DNA from: an uncultured bacterium
GTDB taxonomy: Bacteria; RBG-13-66-14; B26-G2; WVWN01
Length of the DNA stretch: 52,355 nt
Assembly: GCA_964563535.1 (NCBI GenBank)
Contig: CAZLXP010000002.1
Span: 20,567 to 72,921 of the forward strand
Direction: 5' to 3'
In this document: positions 18,324 through 27,904 of the stretch, piece by piece
Layout: each line of letters begins with the position of its first letter
How positions within the stretch are numbered: the stretch's first letter is position 1
Position numbers and translations under genes: made by a program
Notes under the pieces: generated by a model
Told to the model about the DNA's origin: nothing
The model's input: the letters and a program-made list of their open reading frames with translations, nothing else
Databases searched by the model: none

Positions 18324-18776
18324 TTAGTCGGCTGGTAGTCGTACGTCGGCGTAGGCGAACCCGGACTCGGCACGTTCCTCTTGCTCCGCTACCCACTTCT
18401 CCAAACCTATAAGCTTTAATCGCGCGTTATCCGCGCGGGCCATAGGATAATGACATAGGACGTCATGCTTCGCGCAGGACCAATCGGCGCATTCGACGCA
18501 CAGCGTTAGGCCGTGTCCTCGCGCGCACTTGCGGATTTCGCACCCGGGGTCGCCCCCGTCGCCCCGACACCCCGGGCAAGCGCCATCGGCTAGCCGGGTC
18601 AAGCCTTCCCAAAAAGACTCCCAGATGTCGGCCATTCCGGGGATATCGAAAAAAAGGCGGTCGTATCCTTCGCGGCGGAGGTCGCGACGCAAAGCCGCGG
18701 CGCGGGTCGGTATGCGGCGCCTGCTGGCGCAGAGGCCGCAGTATAAGCCGCAATAAGTTACTTCCCGAAGGTCCAT
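18324..18776 (-). CDS. DUF3795-like Cys-rich protein
   Basis: 150 aa. The YCGLYCGLC start and further CPGC / CxxC clusters are characteristic of DUF3795. It lies 36 nt upstream of the radical SAM gene on the same strand. Confidence 0.6.
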   Translation of the reverse strand: MDLREVTYCGLYCGLCASRRRIPTRAAALRRDLRREGYDRLFFDIPGMADIWESFWEGLTRLADGACPGCRGDGGDPGCEIRKCARGHGLTLCVECADWSCAKHDVLCHYPMARADNARLKLIGLEKWVAEQEERAESGFAYADVRLPAD

Positions 18777-18926
18777 CGCGTTACTCCCCCGTTGGCCATT
18801 TAAGCGTTTCGTTTTGGTTTACCGTTCTACTTCTCATACGGCGAAACGGCGTACGGTATTATGCTTCGCTTTGTTTCCCCAGCGATTATGCGTTCGCGGC
18901 TTAACTGCTGAGCGCCGCGTTCGGCG

Positions 18927-18955
18927 TTTACATTGGGACGCCGCCGCGGTATAAT
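18927..18955 (+). promoter_or_regulatory. Predicted sigma70-type promoter with a long leader
   Basis: TTTACA (18927..18932), a 17-nt spacer, then TATAAT (18950..18955). The next plus-strand start codon is 19123. Confidence 0.45.
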
Positions 18956-19122
18956 TTTTATAAGTATTCGAGAAAAACGGCTTTTAATTTACCACAAAAG
19001 GCGGCGGTTTAAACGTCGTTTTTTGAGCGGGGATAGGGCTAAGGCCAAGCGGCGGCACGAGAATAGCGTTATTACCGCCGAAGTCCTGGTTGCCCTAAGC
19101 GGTAAATAACTTTGCACCTGCC

Positions 19123-19902
19123 ATGGCGTACCGAAACAAAAGGGCCGACTTTAAATCAAAAGCGAATAAGCCGCTCTCGCGGCTCGAGATGCGGCGTAGC
19201 GTTTTCGTTATCGGGTGCTCGTTGGCGTTCGTTACTTGCGTCCGTGCCCACCTGTTGTTCGAGCTTTACCCCGGTAAGGCGTTCAACGGCGGCGCGGACG
19301 TGACGTTGCGCGAGCCGGCGGCCGGTACGGATATCGTTATTCATAACGTGCCGCTGGAGGATAAATCTTTCGAGTTGCCGTTTTATTGGGGAAGTCGGCT
19401 AAGTTATTTCGTCGGCAGTAAACCGGCGTGCGGCGTCGCCCTCGATTTTATGCACGCGAAAGCTATCGGGGACACGGCGGGCACGGCATACGTCCGCGGC
19501 CGGTGGCGGGGAGAACCGGTCGAAGGGACGTCGCCTATTCGCCGATACCTAAGCCGGCTCGAGCTTAGCCACGGCAACAACCTCTTTTTAATCGAGGGAA
19601 TTATCTGTTACCGGCCGCGCGTATTTTCAAACCGGGCCGAACTTTACGGGGGAGGAGGCGCGGGGCCGGCACTCCTCCACGTCGAGGTGACGACCCCTAC
19701 GCAAAAGACTTTTGAATATCGATGGGATTGGTGTTGGGGCGTATTGGGCGGCGGCCGTTTCTGGATATGGCGCCGCGTCGCGCTATTCGGGGAATATAAA
19801 TTTACGGGCGGGACTTACGAGCTGGCATTGACCGACGGTACCGCAACGCTGACGTCGGCGGCGAGCCACGCGACCGCGGGTTTTACCGTAAAATTATTAT
19901 GA
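19123..19902 (+). CDS. Putative outer-membrane beta-barrel protein
   Basis: 259-aa ORF. An internal M at 19189 gives a signal-like MRRSVFVIGCSLAFV. Alternating-hydrophobic strands and the aromatic-rich C-terminal region FGEYKFTGG...AGFTVKLL suggest a small OM barrel. Confidence 0.4.
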   Translation: MAYRNKRADFKSKANKPLSRLEMRRSVFVIGCSLAFVTCVRAHLLFELYPGKAFNGGADVTLREPAAGTDIVIHNVPLEDKSFELPFYWGSRLSYFVGSKPACGVALDFMHAKAIGDTAGTAYVRGRWRGEPVEGTSPIRRYLSRLELSHGNNLFLIEGIICYRPRVFSNRAELYGGGGAGPALLHVEVTTPTQKTFEYRWDWCWGVLGGGRFWIWRRVALFGEYKFTGGTYELALTDGTATLTSAASHATAGFTVKLL

Positions 19903-19972
19903 TAACTTGTAGAGCGCGTCGGATTTTATTAGAATAGGATAGCTCAAGGCGACGTTAGCTACGAGGGGTGAA

Positions 19973-20554
19973 ATGAAAGTAATAGGCGTATGCGGTTCGC
20001 CCAGGCGGCGCGGCAACAGCGAACAACTACTCGACCTCGCCCTCGGCGTAATACACGCGGAAGGCATCGATACCGTTAAAATTTTACTCGGCGGAAAACA
20101 AATATTGCCGTGCACCGCGTGCTTGAAGTGCAGGGAAAAAAGGGATGGTTTGTGTCACGGCCGCGACGACGACCTGGTGCCGGCGTTGCCGACGATATAC
20201 GGCGCCGACGGCTTATTGCTCGCGACGCCGGTCTATTTCGGCGCCGCGACGGCCGAGATGACGGCCTTCGTAGACCGCGTAGGGTACGTATCGCGCGCCA
20301 ACGGCGGCCTCTTGCGCCGCAAAGTCGGGGCGCCCATAGTCGTAGCCCGCCGCGCCGGCCAGAACTTTACCGTCGCTCAGCTCAATTATTTCTTCTTAAT
20401 CAACGGGATGGTCGTGCCCGGCGCAAGTTATTGGCCTATAGCCTTCGGCGGCGCCCCGGGCGAAGCGCTCCAAGACGACGAAGGCGTATCCACGATTAAG
20501 GATTTGGCGCGAAACGTCGCCTGGCTCGTTAAGCAGATAGCTGGCAATAAATGA
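19973..20554 (+). CDS. NAD(P)H-dependent FMN reductase / flavodoxin-like fold flavoprotein
   Basis: 193 aa. MKVIGVCGSPRRRGNSEQLL and ATPVYFGAATAEM are typical of the FMN_red/iron-sulfur flavoprotein family. A GAGGGGTGA RBS is present. Confidence 0.8.
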   Translation: MKVIGVCGSPRRRGNSEQLLDLALGVIHAEGIDTVKILLGGKQILPCTACLKCREKRDGLCHGRDDDLVPALPTIYGADGLLLATPVYFGAATAEMTAFVDRVGYVSRANGGLLRRKVGAPIVVARRAGQNFTVAQLNYFFLINGMVVPGASYWPIAFGGAPGEALQDDEGVSTIKDLARNVAWLVKQIAGNK

Positions 20555-20566
20555 GGAGTATAAGAC

Positions 20567-21079
20567 TTGCAATATAAAGACCTTAGCATAAACGAGCTAA
20601 AGGAACTTCTCAAGGCTTACGCGAAATGTTGGCTCGCCCACGACGGCTGCTGGTTTTTATCGGTAGAGGAGGGCTTAGGGACCGAGGAAGCGATAACGTA
20701 CGACCGCGAGGCCTGGCGTAAGTTCGCACCGCTCGAGGCGCGGCGTGTAATGGAAGCTCGAGGCATTGAACCGGGCGGCGGCCTGGCGGCTTTGGCCGAG
20801 GCTTTGAAATTCCGTATGTACCGTTGGTTGAATGAACAAGAGGTTAAGTTATCAGGAAATACTTTAACTTTTAAGATGAAAGGGTGTAGGGTACAGGAGG
20901 CGCGGCGCCGCAAGGGCTTAGCCGATTTCCCCTGTAAATCGGTAGGAATTGTAGAATTCGGCGAGTTTGCCCGGGCGGTAGACGAGCGGATTAAAACAGA
21001 GTGCGTTAAATGCCCGCCGGACGAACTGGCCGAGTATGAATTCTGTGCGTGGCGGTTTACTATAGAAGATACTGACTAA
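20567..21079 (+). CDS. Hypothetical protein (possibly DUF6125-like)
   Basis: 170 aa, TTG start 8 nt after GAGGAG. The CWLAHDGCWF motif is vaguely familiar from DUF6125-type proteins, but I cannot confirm this. Confidence 0.5.
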   Translation: MQYKDLSINELKELLKAYAKCWLAHDGCWFLSVEEGLGTEEAITYDREAWRKFAPLEARRVMEARGIEPGGGLAALAEALKFRMYRWLNEQEVKLSGNTLTFKMKGCRVQEARRRKGLADFPCKSVGIVEFGEFARAVDERIKTECVKCPPDELAEYEFCAWRFTIEDTD

Positions 21080-21335
21080 CAAGGCGACGAGGGCCTTGGC
21101 CCGTAAATTGACCCAGCTCGTAGGGGGTGTTGGCGGTTTCTTAAAAGAAAGATAGTTGGCCCAAAGGCCGGTTTCAAGGACGTTTTCAGCAAACGGCCTA
21201 AAACGGCCCGACGACGTAGACGCGGCGGTCGAGGAAATACTCAAACGCGACAGGCGTAAATTTTATGAGAGGTCAACGTTTGAGGCGCCCCGGCCGGTCC
21301 GGGGCCTTAAAAATTTTCCAGCCGATAAATAACAT

Positions 21336-21364
21336 TTGACAAGGTTGGTTTGTTTCTATAGAAT
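21336..21364 (+). promoter_or_regulatory. Predicted sigma70-type promoter of purC
   Basis: TTGACA (21336..21341), a 17-nt spacer, then TAGAAT (21359..21364). It lies 39 nt upstream of the purC ATG. Confidence 0.6.
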
Positions 21365-21403
21365 GGCGCGTCGTCGCGACGTTTACGGACACAAAGGAAC
21401 GGC

Positions 21404-22108
21404 ATGCAAAAGGGCAAACTCCTATACGAGGGCAAGGCGAAGCGGATCTTCGAAACCGACGACGAAGGAGTCCTATGGGCCGAATTTAAGGATAGCGCGA
21501 CCGCTTTCGACGGCGGCAAGAAGGGTACTATTGAAGGGAAGGGCATATATAACGCTGCTATATCGGCCAATTTGTTCGCTAAGCTCGAGCGCGCGGGAAT
21601 CGCGACCCACTTTTTGGAACAGGTGAACGAACGTTCGCTCCTGGTGAGAAGACTCAAGATGTTCCCGGTCGAGATCGTAATGCGGAATAAAATTGCCGGC
21701 AGCCTTGCCCGGCGATTCGCCCTCGAGCGGGGAACCGCCTTAAAAAAGGCCGTGCTCGAGTATTACCTTAAAAACGACGCCCTACACGACCCGATGATGA
21801 ACCGGGGCCACGTCCTGGTATTGGGTTATATGACGGAAGCCAAATTAAGGCGCGTGGAGGAGGAAGCGGCCAAAGTTAACCGCGTATTGCGCAATTATAT
21901 GAGAAAGCGGGGTTTGGAGTTAGTAGATTTCAAGTTGGAGTTTGGCGAACGGGGGCGGCGGATATACTTGGGCGACGAGATCTCGCCGGACACGTGCCGC
22001 ATATGGGACGCGGCTACCCGCGAAGTTTTCGATAAGGACCGCTTCCGGTTCGACCTGGGCGAAGTAGAGAGCCACTACGCGGAATTAGTGCGCCGGCTGG
22101 CGGCGTGA
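21404..22108 (+). CDS. purC: Phosphoribosylaminoimidazole-succinocarboxamide (SAICAR) synthase
   Basis: 234 aa. LLYEGKAKRIF...DSATAFDG.KKG...GKG..N is the canonical PurC N-terminus. Confidence 0.92.
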   Translation: MQKGKLLYEGKAKRIFETDDEGVLWAEFKDSATAFDGGKKGTIEGKGIYNAAISANLFAKLERAGIATHFLEQVNERSLLVRRLKMFPVEIVMRNKIAGSLARRFALERGTALKKAVLEYYLKNDALHDPMMNRGHVLVLGYMTEAKLRRVEEEAAKVNRVLRNYMRKRGLELVDFKLEFGERGRRIYLGDEISPDTCRIWDAATREVFDKDRFRFDLGEVESHYAELVRRLAA

Positions 22109-22130
22109 CCCCGGCGGCGGGACGGGCCGG

Positions 22131-22640
22131 ATGATACTTCTTTTAATCGCCCTGTTGCTTTTACCGACGGCCATGCTGCCGCGGGAAGAGCTTTACCCCG
22201 TTGAACGGGTCGAAGTGGAAGCGCGCGACGCCGGCATCCCGGCGGATGCCCGCAGGGCCATCGTGGTCACGCGTACCGGGGGCAAGTCGCCCATAAAAAT
22301 ACTCAACGTCAAGGTATACGAAAAAGAGGCCGAGTTCAAGACGGTCCACGTCGAATATATAGTCGTTTACCATAGCGGGGATTACGTCGTGGCGGAACGC
22401 AAAGTTGACTTCGACTCGTTCGAAAAAGTTTGGCTCGAACTCAATAAAAACCGCGGTTTTATGTTGCAAGATGCGGCCGAGGGTTCCAAAGACGAGCCGA
22501 CTTATACGGTAAAGGTTAGGGAAATTAAACGCGACAATACGTTCAGCGTAACCGGCCCCCAAAATTTGGAGGACAAGAGGTATAATAATATAATTTCGGC
22601 CATAGAGAATTTTTGGCGCGACCAGCTAAAGATACAATAA
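22131..22640 (+). CDS. Hypothetical exported/membrane-anchored protein
   Basis: 169 aa with an N-terminal hydrophobic segment (MILLLIALLLLPTAML). GC is lower than in the neighbours, and no motif was recognised. Confidence 0.55.
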   Translation: MILLLIALLLLPTAMLPREELYPVERVEVEARDAGIPADARRAIVVTRTGGKSPIKILNVKVYEKEAEFKTVHVEYIVVYHSGDYVVAERKVDFDSFEKVWLELNKNRGFMLQDAAEGSKDEPTYTVKVREIKRDNTFSVTGPQNLEDKRYNNIISAIENFWRDQLKIQ

Positions 22641-22738
22641 CGGGCCGCCGGTTCAGGGTTGGCGGGCCCGGCTTCGACCCTATAACCGTTGGCCGAGCAT
22701 TATGATACAAATAGGGCGTTTACTTCGCCTTTAACGTA

Positions 22739-24187
22739 ATGAAAACCCGTTACTATCCCCAAGAATCTTGCGGCGTGTTCGGCATATTCGGGCATCCCGA
22801 AGCCGCCACCATAACGTACCTCGGCATATACGCGCTGCAACACCGCGGCCAGGAGTCCGCCGGCATCGTCGCGTCGGACGGGAAGCGCCTGCGTCAACAC
22901 CGCGCGTTGGGATTGGTTAACGACATCTTCCGCGAAGACGTTCTTAAAGACCTCAAGGGTTACGCGGCCATAGGGCACGTCCGTTATTCGACCATGGGCG
23001 ACACGAGCCTCGCCAACGCGCAACCGGTTAAGGTGGATTACTTGCGCGGTTCGCTGGCCGTGAGCCACAACGGCAACATCGTAAATGCTCTCCCGCTGCG
23101 CGAGGAACTGGAGCAACGCGGCTCGATATTCGCGACCACTTCGGACGCCGAGATTATCATACACCTCATAGCCCGTAACGAAAGCAGCGAACTTGTGAAG
23201 GCGGTCCCCAACGCGCTTAAGCGTTTGGAGGGAGCGTATTCCGTCCTCTTTTTAGAGGAAAACCGGATGGTGGCGGCGCGCGACCCCCGCGGCTGGCGGC
23301 CCCTGTGCTTGGGCACACTCGGCAATGCCGTCGTCGTCGCGTCCGAGACCTGCGCTTTCGACCTCGTCGGCGCCAAGTACGAACGGGACGTTGAACCCGG
23401 CGAGGTTGTCGAGATTACTCCGCAAGGGGTAAAGTCCTACCAGCCCTTCGAGCCGGTGAAACCGGCGATGTGTATTTTTGAGCTCGTTTATTTTTCGCGG
23501 CCGGATTCGTACGTCTTCGGCCGCGGCGTCCACGAGGCGCGCAAAGCGCTGGGAGTGGGATTGGCGCGCGAAGAGGAACCGGGCTTCGGGGCCGATATGG
23601 TAATCGCGGTGCCCGACTCGTCGAATAGCGCGGCGTTGGGGTACGCCGAAGAGTCGGGGATCCCGTTCGAGCTCGGCATCATACGGAGCCATTACATAGG
23701 GCGGACGTTCATCGAACCCGAGCAGCGCATCCGCGCGTTCGGGACGCGGCTAAAATATAACCCGGTGCGAGACCTTATCGCCGGGAAGGCGCTCGTCATC
23801 GTGGACGATTCGATCGTGCGGGGAACGACGTCGCGCAAGATAATCGACATCGTGCGCAACGCCGGGGCGTCCCACATCCACCTCCGCATCAGCTGCCCGC
23901 CGTGGCGCTGGCCCTGTTTCTACGGCATCGATACCCCCACGCGAGAAGAACTCATCGGCTCGAGGCTGGCGGTGGACGAGATCGCCCGGTACATCGGCGT
24001 CGATTCGTTGCGGTACCTCTCGCTGGAGGGTTTGCGCCGCGCCATAGGCGGGAACGTCTTGACGGAATACGACGTCGCGGAGCGCTTCTGCTCGGCTTGC
24101 TTTACCGGCGAATACCCGACGCCGATATACGAACAATATGCCAAGGACATGATGACCCCGAAGCTCTTCGGCGACAAGATGTTCTAA
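22739..24187 (+). CDS. purF: Amidophosphoribosyltransferase
   Basis: 482 aa. The CGVFGIFGH Ntn-nucleophile motif, the PRPP loop LVIVDDSIVRGTTS, and C-terminal Cys residues of the FeS type. Confidence 0.93.
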   Translation: MKTRYYPQESCGVFGIFGHPEAATITYLGIYALQHRGQESAGIVASDGKRLRQHRALGLVNDIFREDVLKDLKGYAAIGHVRYSTMGDTSLANAQPVKVDYLRGSLAVSHNGNIVNALPLREELEQRGSIFATTSDAEIIIHLIARNESSELVKAVPNALKRLEGAYSVLFLEENRMVAARDPRGWRPLCLGTLGNAVVVASETCAFDLVGAKYERDVEPGEVVEITPQGVKSYQPFEPVKPAMCIFELVYFSRPDSYVFGRGVHEARKALGVGLAREEEPGFGADMVIAVPDSSNSAALGYAEESGIPFELGIIRSHYIGRTFIEPEQRIRAFGTRLKYNPVRDLIAGKALVIVDDSIVRGTTSRKIIDIVRNAGASHIHLRISCPPWRWPCFYGIDTPTREELIGSRLAVDEIARYIGVDSLRYLSLEGLRRAIGGNVLTEYDVAERFCSACFTGEYPTPIYEQYAKDMMTPKLFGDKMF

Positions 24188-24192
24188 GCGTT

Positions 24193-24963
24193 ATGGTCGA
24201 CGAGACGAAAGAGCCGATAGGTTACGCGCTGGCCATATTCGTCGCCTTCGTCGCGCTGGTTGCCGGGGCGAACGTTTTATGGGGGGCCTCGCCGGCTGCG
24301 GGCGGCGGCGGTTACGCGGCCGCAGGCAACGCGTTATTGTTCGTGGGCGCGGTCACGGCGGTGGGGATGGCCTGGCCGCTCTGGCTCGCGGCGCGGGGGA
24401 GGTTGACGCTGCCGATTTGGCCTGCGCCGGGTACGGGAGACAATGCGCTCGCGGTGCTTGTAGTGGTGTTCGTCTTTGCGCGCGTCGATACCTTAATCGC
24501 GATATTCGCCGAGGGGCGTCCCTGGGGTTCGGCTCTCGCTACTTTCCTGGGAGGGGCGGCGCTCAATTTGGCGTCGGTTATGGCTACGTTCGGCGTTTTA
24601 CTCCCGGCGCTGAAAGGGCGGATGCCGGTCGCGCCGGCTACCGTTGCCGCGGCCCTCGCTTTCACCCTCTACCACGTCGCGCAGTTTAATACGTTCGCGG
24701 CCGCTTTAAACCTCAAAACGTTGTTCGCCGTCGCCATATTCGGCCTCGGGTATTCGTTATATTACTTCTGGTCGCGGTCGCTCCTCTTGACGGCGATATT
24801 ACACCACCTGGTGGCCACTACGAACTCGACGTACGTTCGGGATTTCGAGTTCGGCGAACTCGGCCCCCGTTTCTATTATTCGCTGGGCGTGGTCGTTTTA
24901 TTTTTAACATTCGTCATAGCCAAGCGGCGCCTTTACGCCGCGGAACGTTTTACGCATTTCTGA
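24193..24963 (+). CDS. Hypothetical polytopic membrane protein (weak CPBP-like His motifs)
   Basis: An ATG at 24193, 3 nt after the purF stop, gives 256 aa with 7-8 TM segments. It has LYHVAQF and ILHHLVATTN but no clear EExxxR motif. The tracked 23902 start overlaps purF. Confidence 0.5.
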   Translation: MVDETKEPIGYALAIFVAFVALVAGANVLWGASPAAGGGGYAAAGNALLFVGAVTAVGMAWPLWLAARGRLTLPIWPAPGTGDNALAVLVVVFVFARVDTLIAIFAEGRPWGSALATFLGGAALNLASVMATFGVLLPALKGRMPVAPATVAAALAFTLYHVAQFNTFAAALNLKTLFAVAIFGLGYSLYYFWSRSLLLTAILHHLVATTNSTYVRDFEFGELGPRFYYSLGVVVLFLTFVIAKRRLYAAERFTHF

Positions 24964-24987
24964 AGCTAGCTCGGAGGAAACGCCGCC

Positions 24988-25995
24988 GTGGTGACGTATA
25001 AGGAAGCCGGCGTAGACCAGGCCCACGCCGACCGTTTCGTCGGTCGCATAAAGAAGCTCTCGCACGTCCTCGACGAGAGGGGCGTAATCGGCGAAATCGG
25101 GTTGTTCTCCGGCCTGATGGACATAAGCGACCTGGGATATAAGGAACCGGTGCTGGCCGCCGGCACCGACGGCGTAGGTTCGAAATTGGAAATCGCCTTC
25201 GCGTTGGAGAATCACCATACCGTCGGCATCGACCTCGTCGCGCTGTCCGTAAACGACGTTATCTGTTGCGGCGCGCGGCCCCTTTTTTTCTTGGATTATA
25301 TGGCGGTCGGAAGGTTGGATTTGGAACAGGGGGAAGGCGTAATCAAAGGGGTCGTCGAGGGGTGCCGGCAGGCGGGATGCGCCCTCCTCGGCGGCGAGAC
25401 GTCGCAACTGCCCACTTTCTACCACCCCGGGCGCTACGACCTCGCCGGTTTCGCGGTCGGGATAGTGGAACGTTCGAAAATTATCGACGGCTCGAAGGTT
25501 CGCCCGGGCGACGTCGTCCTGGGCCTCGCCTCGTCCGGCGCGCATTCCAACGGTTATACGCTTATTCGAAAGATCGTCGAGGACCAGGGATTGGAATACT
25601 CGGAATATTTCGACGGCGGCCGAACGTTGGGAGAAGAGCTCTTGACGCCCATGAGGATCTACGTCGCGGAAATAATGGCCTTGGTCGACGGCGACGTCGA
25701 CGTCCACGCTATCGCCCACGTGACGGGCGGCGGCATTCCAGGCAACCTCGCCCGCGTCTTACCCGAAGGCGTCGGCGCCCGGCTCGAGAAAGGCCGGTGG
25801 CCGGCGCATAAGATATTTACGAAAATCGCTGAATGGGGCGACGTCTCCGAGGCGGAGATGTACGCCGTATTTAATATGGGTTTGGGGATGTTGATAATCG
25901 TAGGCCGCGGCGACCAAAGGCGGGCGCTCGACGCCTTGGGAGAGGGGACCGTCGTGGGCGAGTGCACGAGCAGGGAAGGCGTCGATTTGGTTTAA
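24988..25995 (+). CDS. purM: Phosphoribosylformylglycinamidine cyclo-ligase (AIR synthetase)
   Basis: 335 aa, GTG start after GGAGGA. YKEAGVD..., GTDGVGSK, DLVAMSVND-like and SSGAHSNGYTL motifs. Confidence 0.92.
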   Translation: MVTYKEAGVDQAHADRFVGRIKKLSHVLDERGVIGEIGLFSGLMDISDLGYKEPVLAAGTDGVGSKLEIAFALENHHTVGIDLVALSVNDVICCGARPLFFLDYMAVGRLDLEQGEGVIKGVVEGCRQAGCALLGGETSQLPTFYHPGRYDLAGFAVGIVERSKIIDGSKVRPGDVVLGLASSGAHSNGYTLIRKIVEDQGLEYSEYFDGGRTLGEELLTPMRIYVAEIMALVDGDVDVHAIAHVTGGGIPGNLARVLPEGVGARLEKGRWPAHKIFTKIAEWGDVSEAEMYAVFNMGLGMLIIVGRGDQRRALDALGEGTVVGECTSREGVDLV

Positions 25996-26021
25996 TTTCT
26001 CGAAAGGATGAGCACTGGAAG

Positions 26022-27329
26022 ATGGGAGGTACCTATACCGGCGTACGTACGAAGGCGCTAGTAACCTACGTAGTCCTTTTTATTTTTTTCGGGACTTTAT
26101 ATTTTAGTTTGGGCACGGCGTTGGGTCGGGTAGCCGGTTTTGCGCACCTGAATTTCCTATTAAACGCCGACCACGAGCGTGTCATTACCGATTTAACGGA
26201 TGCAACTGCCAACCACGACCGCACGGACGTACATCCGCTTTTCGTATTGTTTTTAAATCCCGTCGGCGTACTTTTGACTAGGGGGCTCGGTTCGCGGCTA
26301 GCCGCGGCCTTAGTGATGAATTCGGCAGCGGGCGCGTTGTGCGTCGTTATGACTAAGTCGTTCCTGCGGCGGGCGGGCTTGAGCGAGTTTTCGGCGTTTC
26401 TCTTCGCGGCGATATTGGGCTTGTCTGCCACCCATATTTTTTTCGGCTCGACGCCCGAGACGTGGATTTTCGCCGCGGCCGGCGTCATATTACTTTTCAA
26501 CCTGGCGGTATTCGCGCCCGGTAATACGTCGCGGTTTTTACCGGCCTCCGTTTTCGCGTTCGGTATGGTAACGACGAACCTGGTCGTCGCGGCGGTCGCC
26601 TACGCCGCCGGTATGTGGAAAAGGATTACGTTTAAAACGCTGTTGGTCCGAACGGCGGTTTTCGGCGTTTTCGTCGCCGTGTGCGCGGCGGCGCTGAGCG
26701 TCGTTCAAAAACTTTTATACCCGGGGTCGGCGATATTTATCCTGCCGGAAATTTACCGCCTAGAAATCGGTTCTTATTCGCCTATCGTAAAATATTTTAA
26801 CGGCCTCACGGGGGCCTATCTCTTGGCCCGGTTGGCGAAGTTAGCCGCCGTCTTTATAATCTACACCGTCGTCGCGCCGGCGACGGTCGTTCGGTGGTAT
26901 TCCGCGGGCGAGTTTTGCCTCCCCCTCAAACCCTACGTCAACGTGGACCTGTCCCGCCTCGGCGCGCCCGGATTCGTTGCCGCGTCGTTTTGGGTCGCGC
27001 TGATCGTTTGGGCCGCGTATTCGATTATCAAGAACAAAGAAAACCGCACCCCTGTCCTGTTCGGGTTGCTTTTAACTTTGGCTTTTTATTTGGCGTTTTA
27101 TTTTTTTTACGGAACGACTATGTACGTTTACGCCATAAGTACCGCGTTTCCGCTGCTTGGGTCGGTGGCCTTGGCGTTGCGTCCTTACGACCGGCCTGGG
27201 ACTAAGGTTTTTTACGTACTGGGCGGGACCTTGACCTGCTTTCTATTATTGGAACTGGTCAACAATGTGAATTTTTTGTACCGAATCTTCGTCGTCTACC
27301 GGGATTACCCTTTTCCTATATCACCCTGA
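26022..27329 (+). CDS. Large polytopic membrane protein (GT-C-like glycosyltransferase fold suspected)
   Basis: About 435 aa with more than 10 TM segments. The N-terminal loop has D...DVHPLF, reminiscent of polyprenol-dependent GT-C enzymes. No firm family assignment. Confidence 0.5.
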   Translation: MGGTYTGVRTKALVTYVVLFIFFGTLYFSLGTALGRVAGFAHLNFLLNADHERVITDLTDATANHDRTDVHPLFVLFLNPVGVLLTRGLGSRLAAALVMNSAAGALCVVMTKSFLRRAGLSEFSAFLFAAILGLSATHIFFGSTPETWIFAAAGVILLFNLAVFAPGNTSRFLPASVFAFGMVTTNLVVAAVAYAAGMWKRITFKTLLVRTAVFGVFVAVCAAALSVVQKLLYPGSAIFILPEIYRLEIGSYSPIVKYFNGLTGAYLLARLAKLAAVFIIYTVVAPATVVRWYSAGEFCLPLKPYVNVDLSRLGAPGFVAASFWVALIVWAAYSIIKNKENRTPVLFGLLLTLAFYLAFYFFYGTTMYVYAISTAFPLLGSVALALRPYDRPGTKVFYVLGGTLTCFLLLELVNNVNFLYRIFVVYRDYPFPISP

Positions 27330-27385
27330 AGGATAAAAATCCTTAATCGACCAGGCAACGCGCGAGGGATATAAAGCTAAGCGAT

Positions 27386-27904
27386 ATGGACCTTCCTAAA
27401 GACATCGCGATTTTACTCGAGCAGCTCGGCATTGCGGAGACGCCGCCGGTTCAGCTGCGCAAGCGCAAGAGTTGGGACGAGTACTTTGTGGACATCGCCG
27501 CGCTCGTAGCCGAACGCTCGACCTGCCTGAGCCGCAACGTCGGCGCCGTTTTGGTTCGCGAGCGGCGCATCCTCGCGACGGGGTACAACGGCGCGCCGGC
27601 CGGCTTGCCGCACTGCCCGTTCTGCATCCGGAAGCTGAGCGGGGTGTCGTCCGGCGAGCGCCACGAGCTGTGCCGGGGCCTCCACGCGGAACAGAATTGT
27701 CTTATCCAATGCGCGCGCAACGGCGTCTCCAGCAACGAGGCGACGATATACGTATACGGCGGTACGCCCTGCGTCATTTGCGCCAAGATGTTGGTTAACG
27801 CCGGCGTGCGGCGGGTCGTCGCGACCGAGACGTACCCGGACGAATTGGGTTTGGCTATTATGGAGGAGGCCGGCATCGAGACCAAGGTCGTGGGAGGTTC
27901 CTAA
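27386..27904 (+). CDS. dCMP (deoxycytidylate) deaminase
   Basis: 172 aa. WDEYF...A..VA.RSTC, HAEQN and PCVICAKM zinc-ligand motifs of ComEB/dCMP deaminases. Confidence 0.9.
   Translation: MDLPKDIAILLEQLGIAETPPVQLRKRKSWDEYFVDIAALVAERSTCLSRNVGAVLVRERRILATGYNGAPAGLPHCPFCIRKLSGVSSGERHELCRGLHAEQNCLIQCARNGVSSNEATIYVYGGTPCVICAKMLVNAGVRRVVATETYPDELGLAIMEEAGIETKVVGGS

Noticed and set aside
15541-21100. Possible genomic island inserted at tRNA-Gln (accessory-looking radical SAM, DUF3795, OM barrel, flavoprotein and unknown genes downstream of the tRNA).
   Set aside because: There is no integrase or recombinase, I could not find a direct repeat of the tRNA 3' end downstream, and there is no sharp compositional boundary.
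21080-21403. Purine/ZTP riboswitch or ncRNA in the 324-bp gap upstream of purC.
   Set aside because: The consensus promoter at 21336..21364 leaves only a ~33-nt leader, too short for a riboswitch. I found none of the conserved ZTP or purine aptamer sequences in the rest of the gap. The hairpin GCCCCGG-CCGGT-CCGGGGC at about 21282..21300 lacks a proper U-tract.
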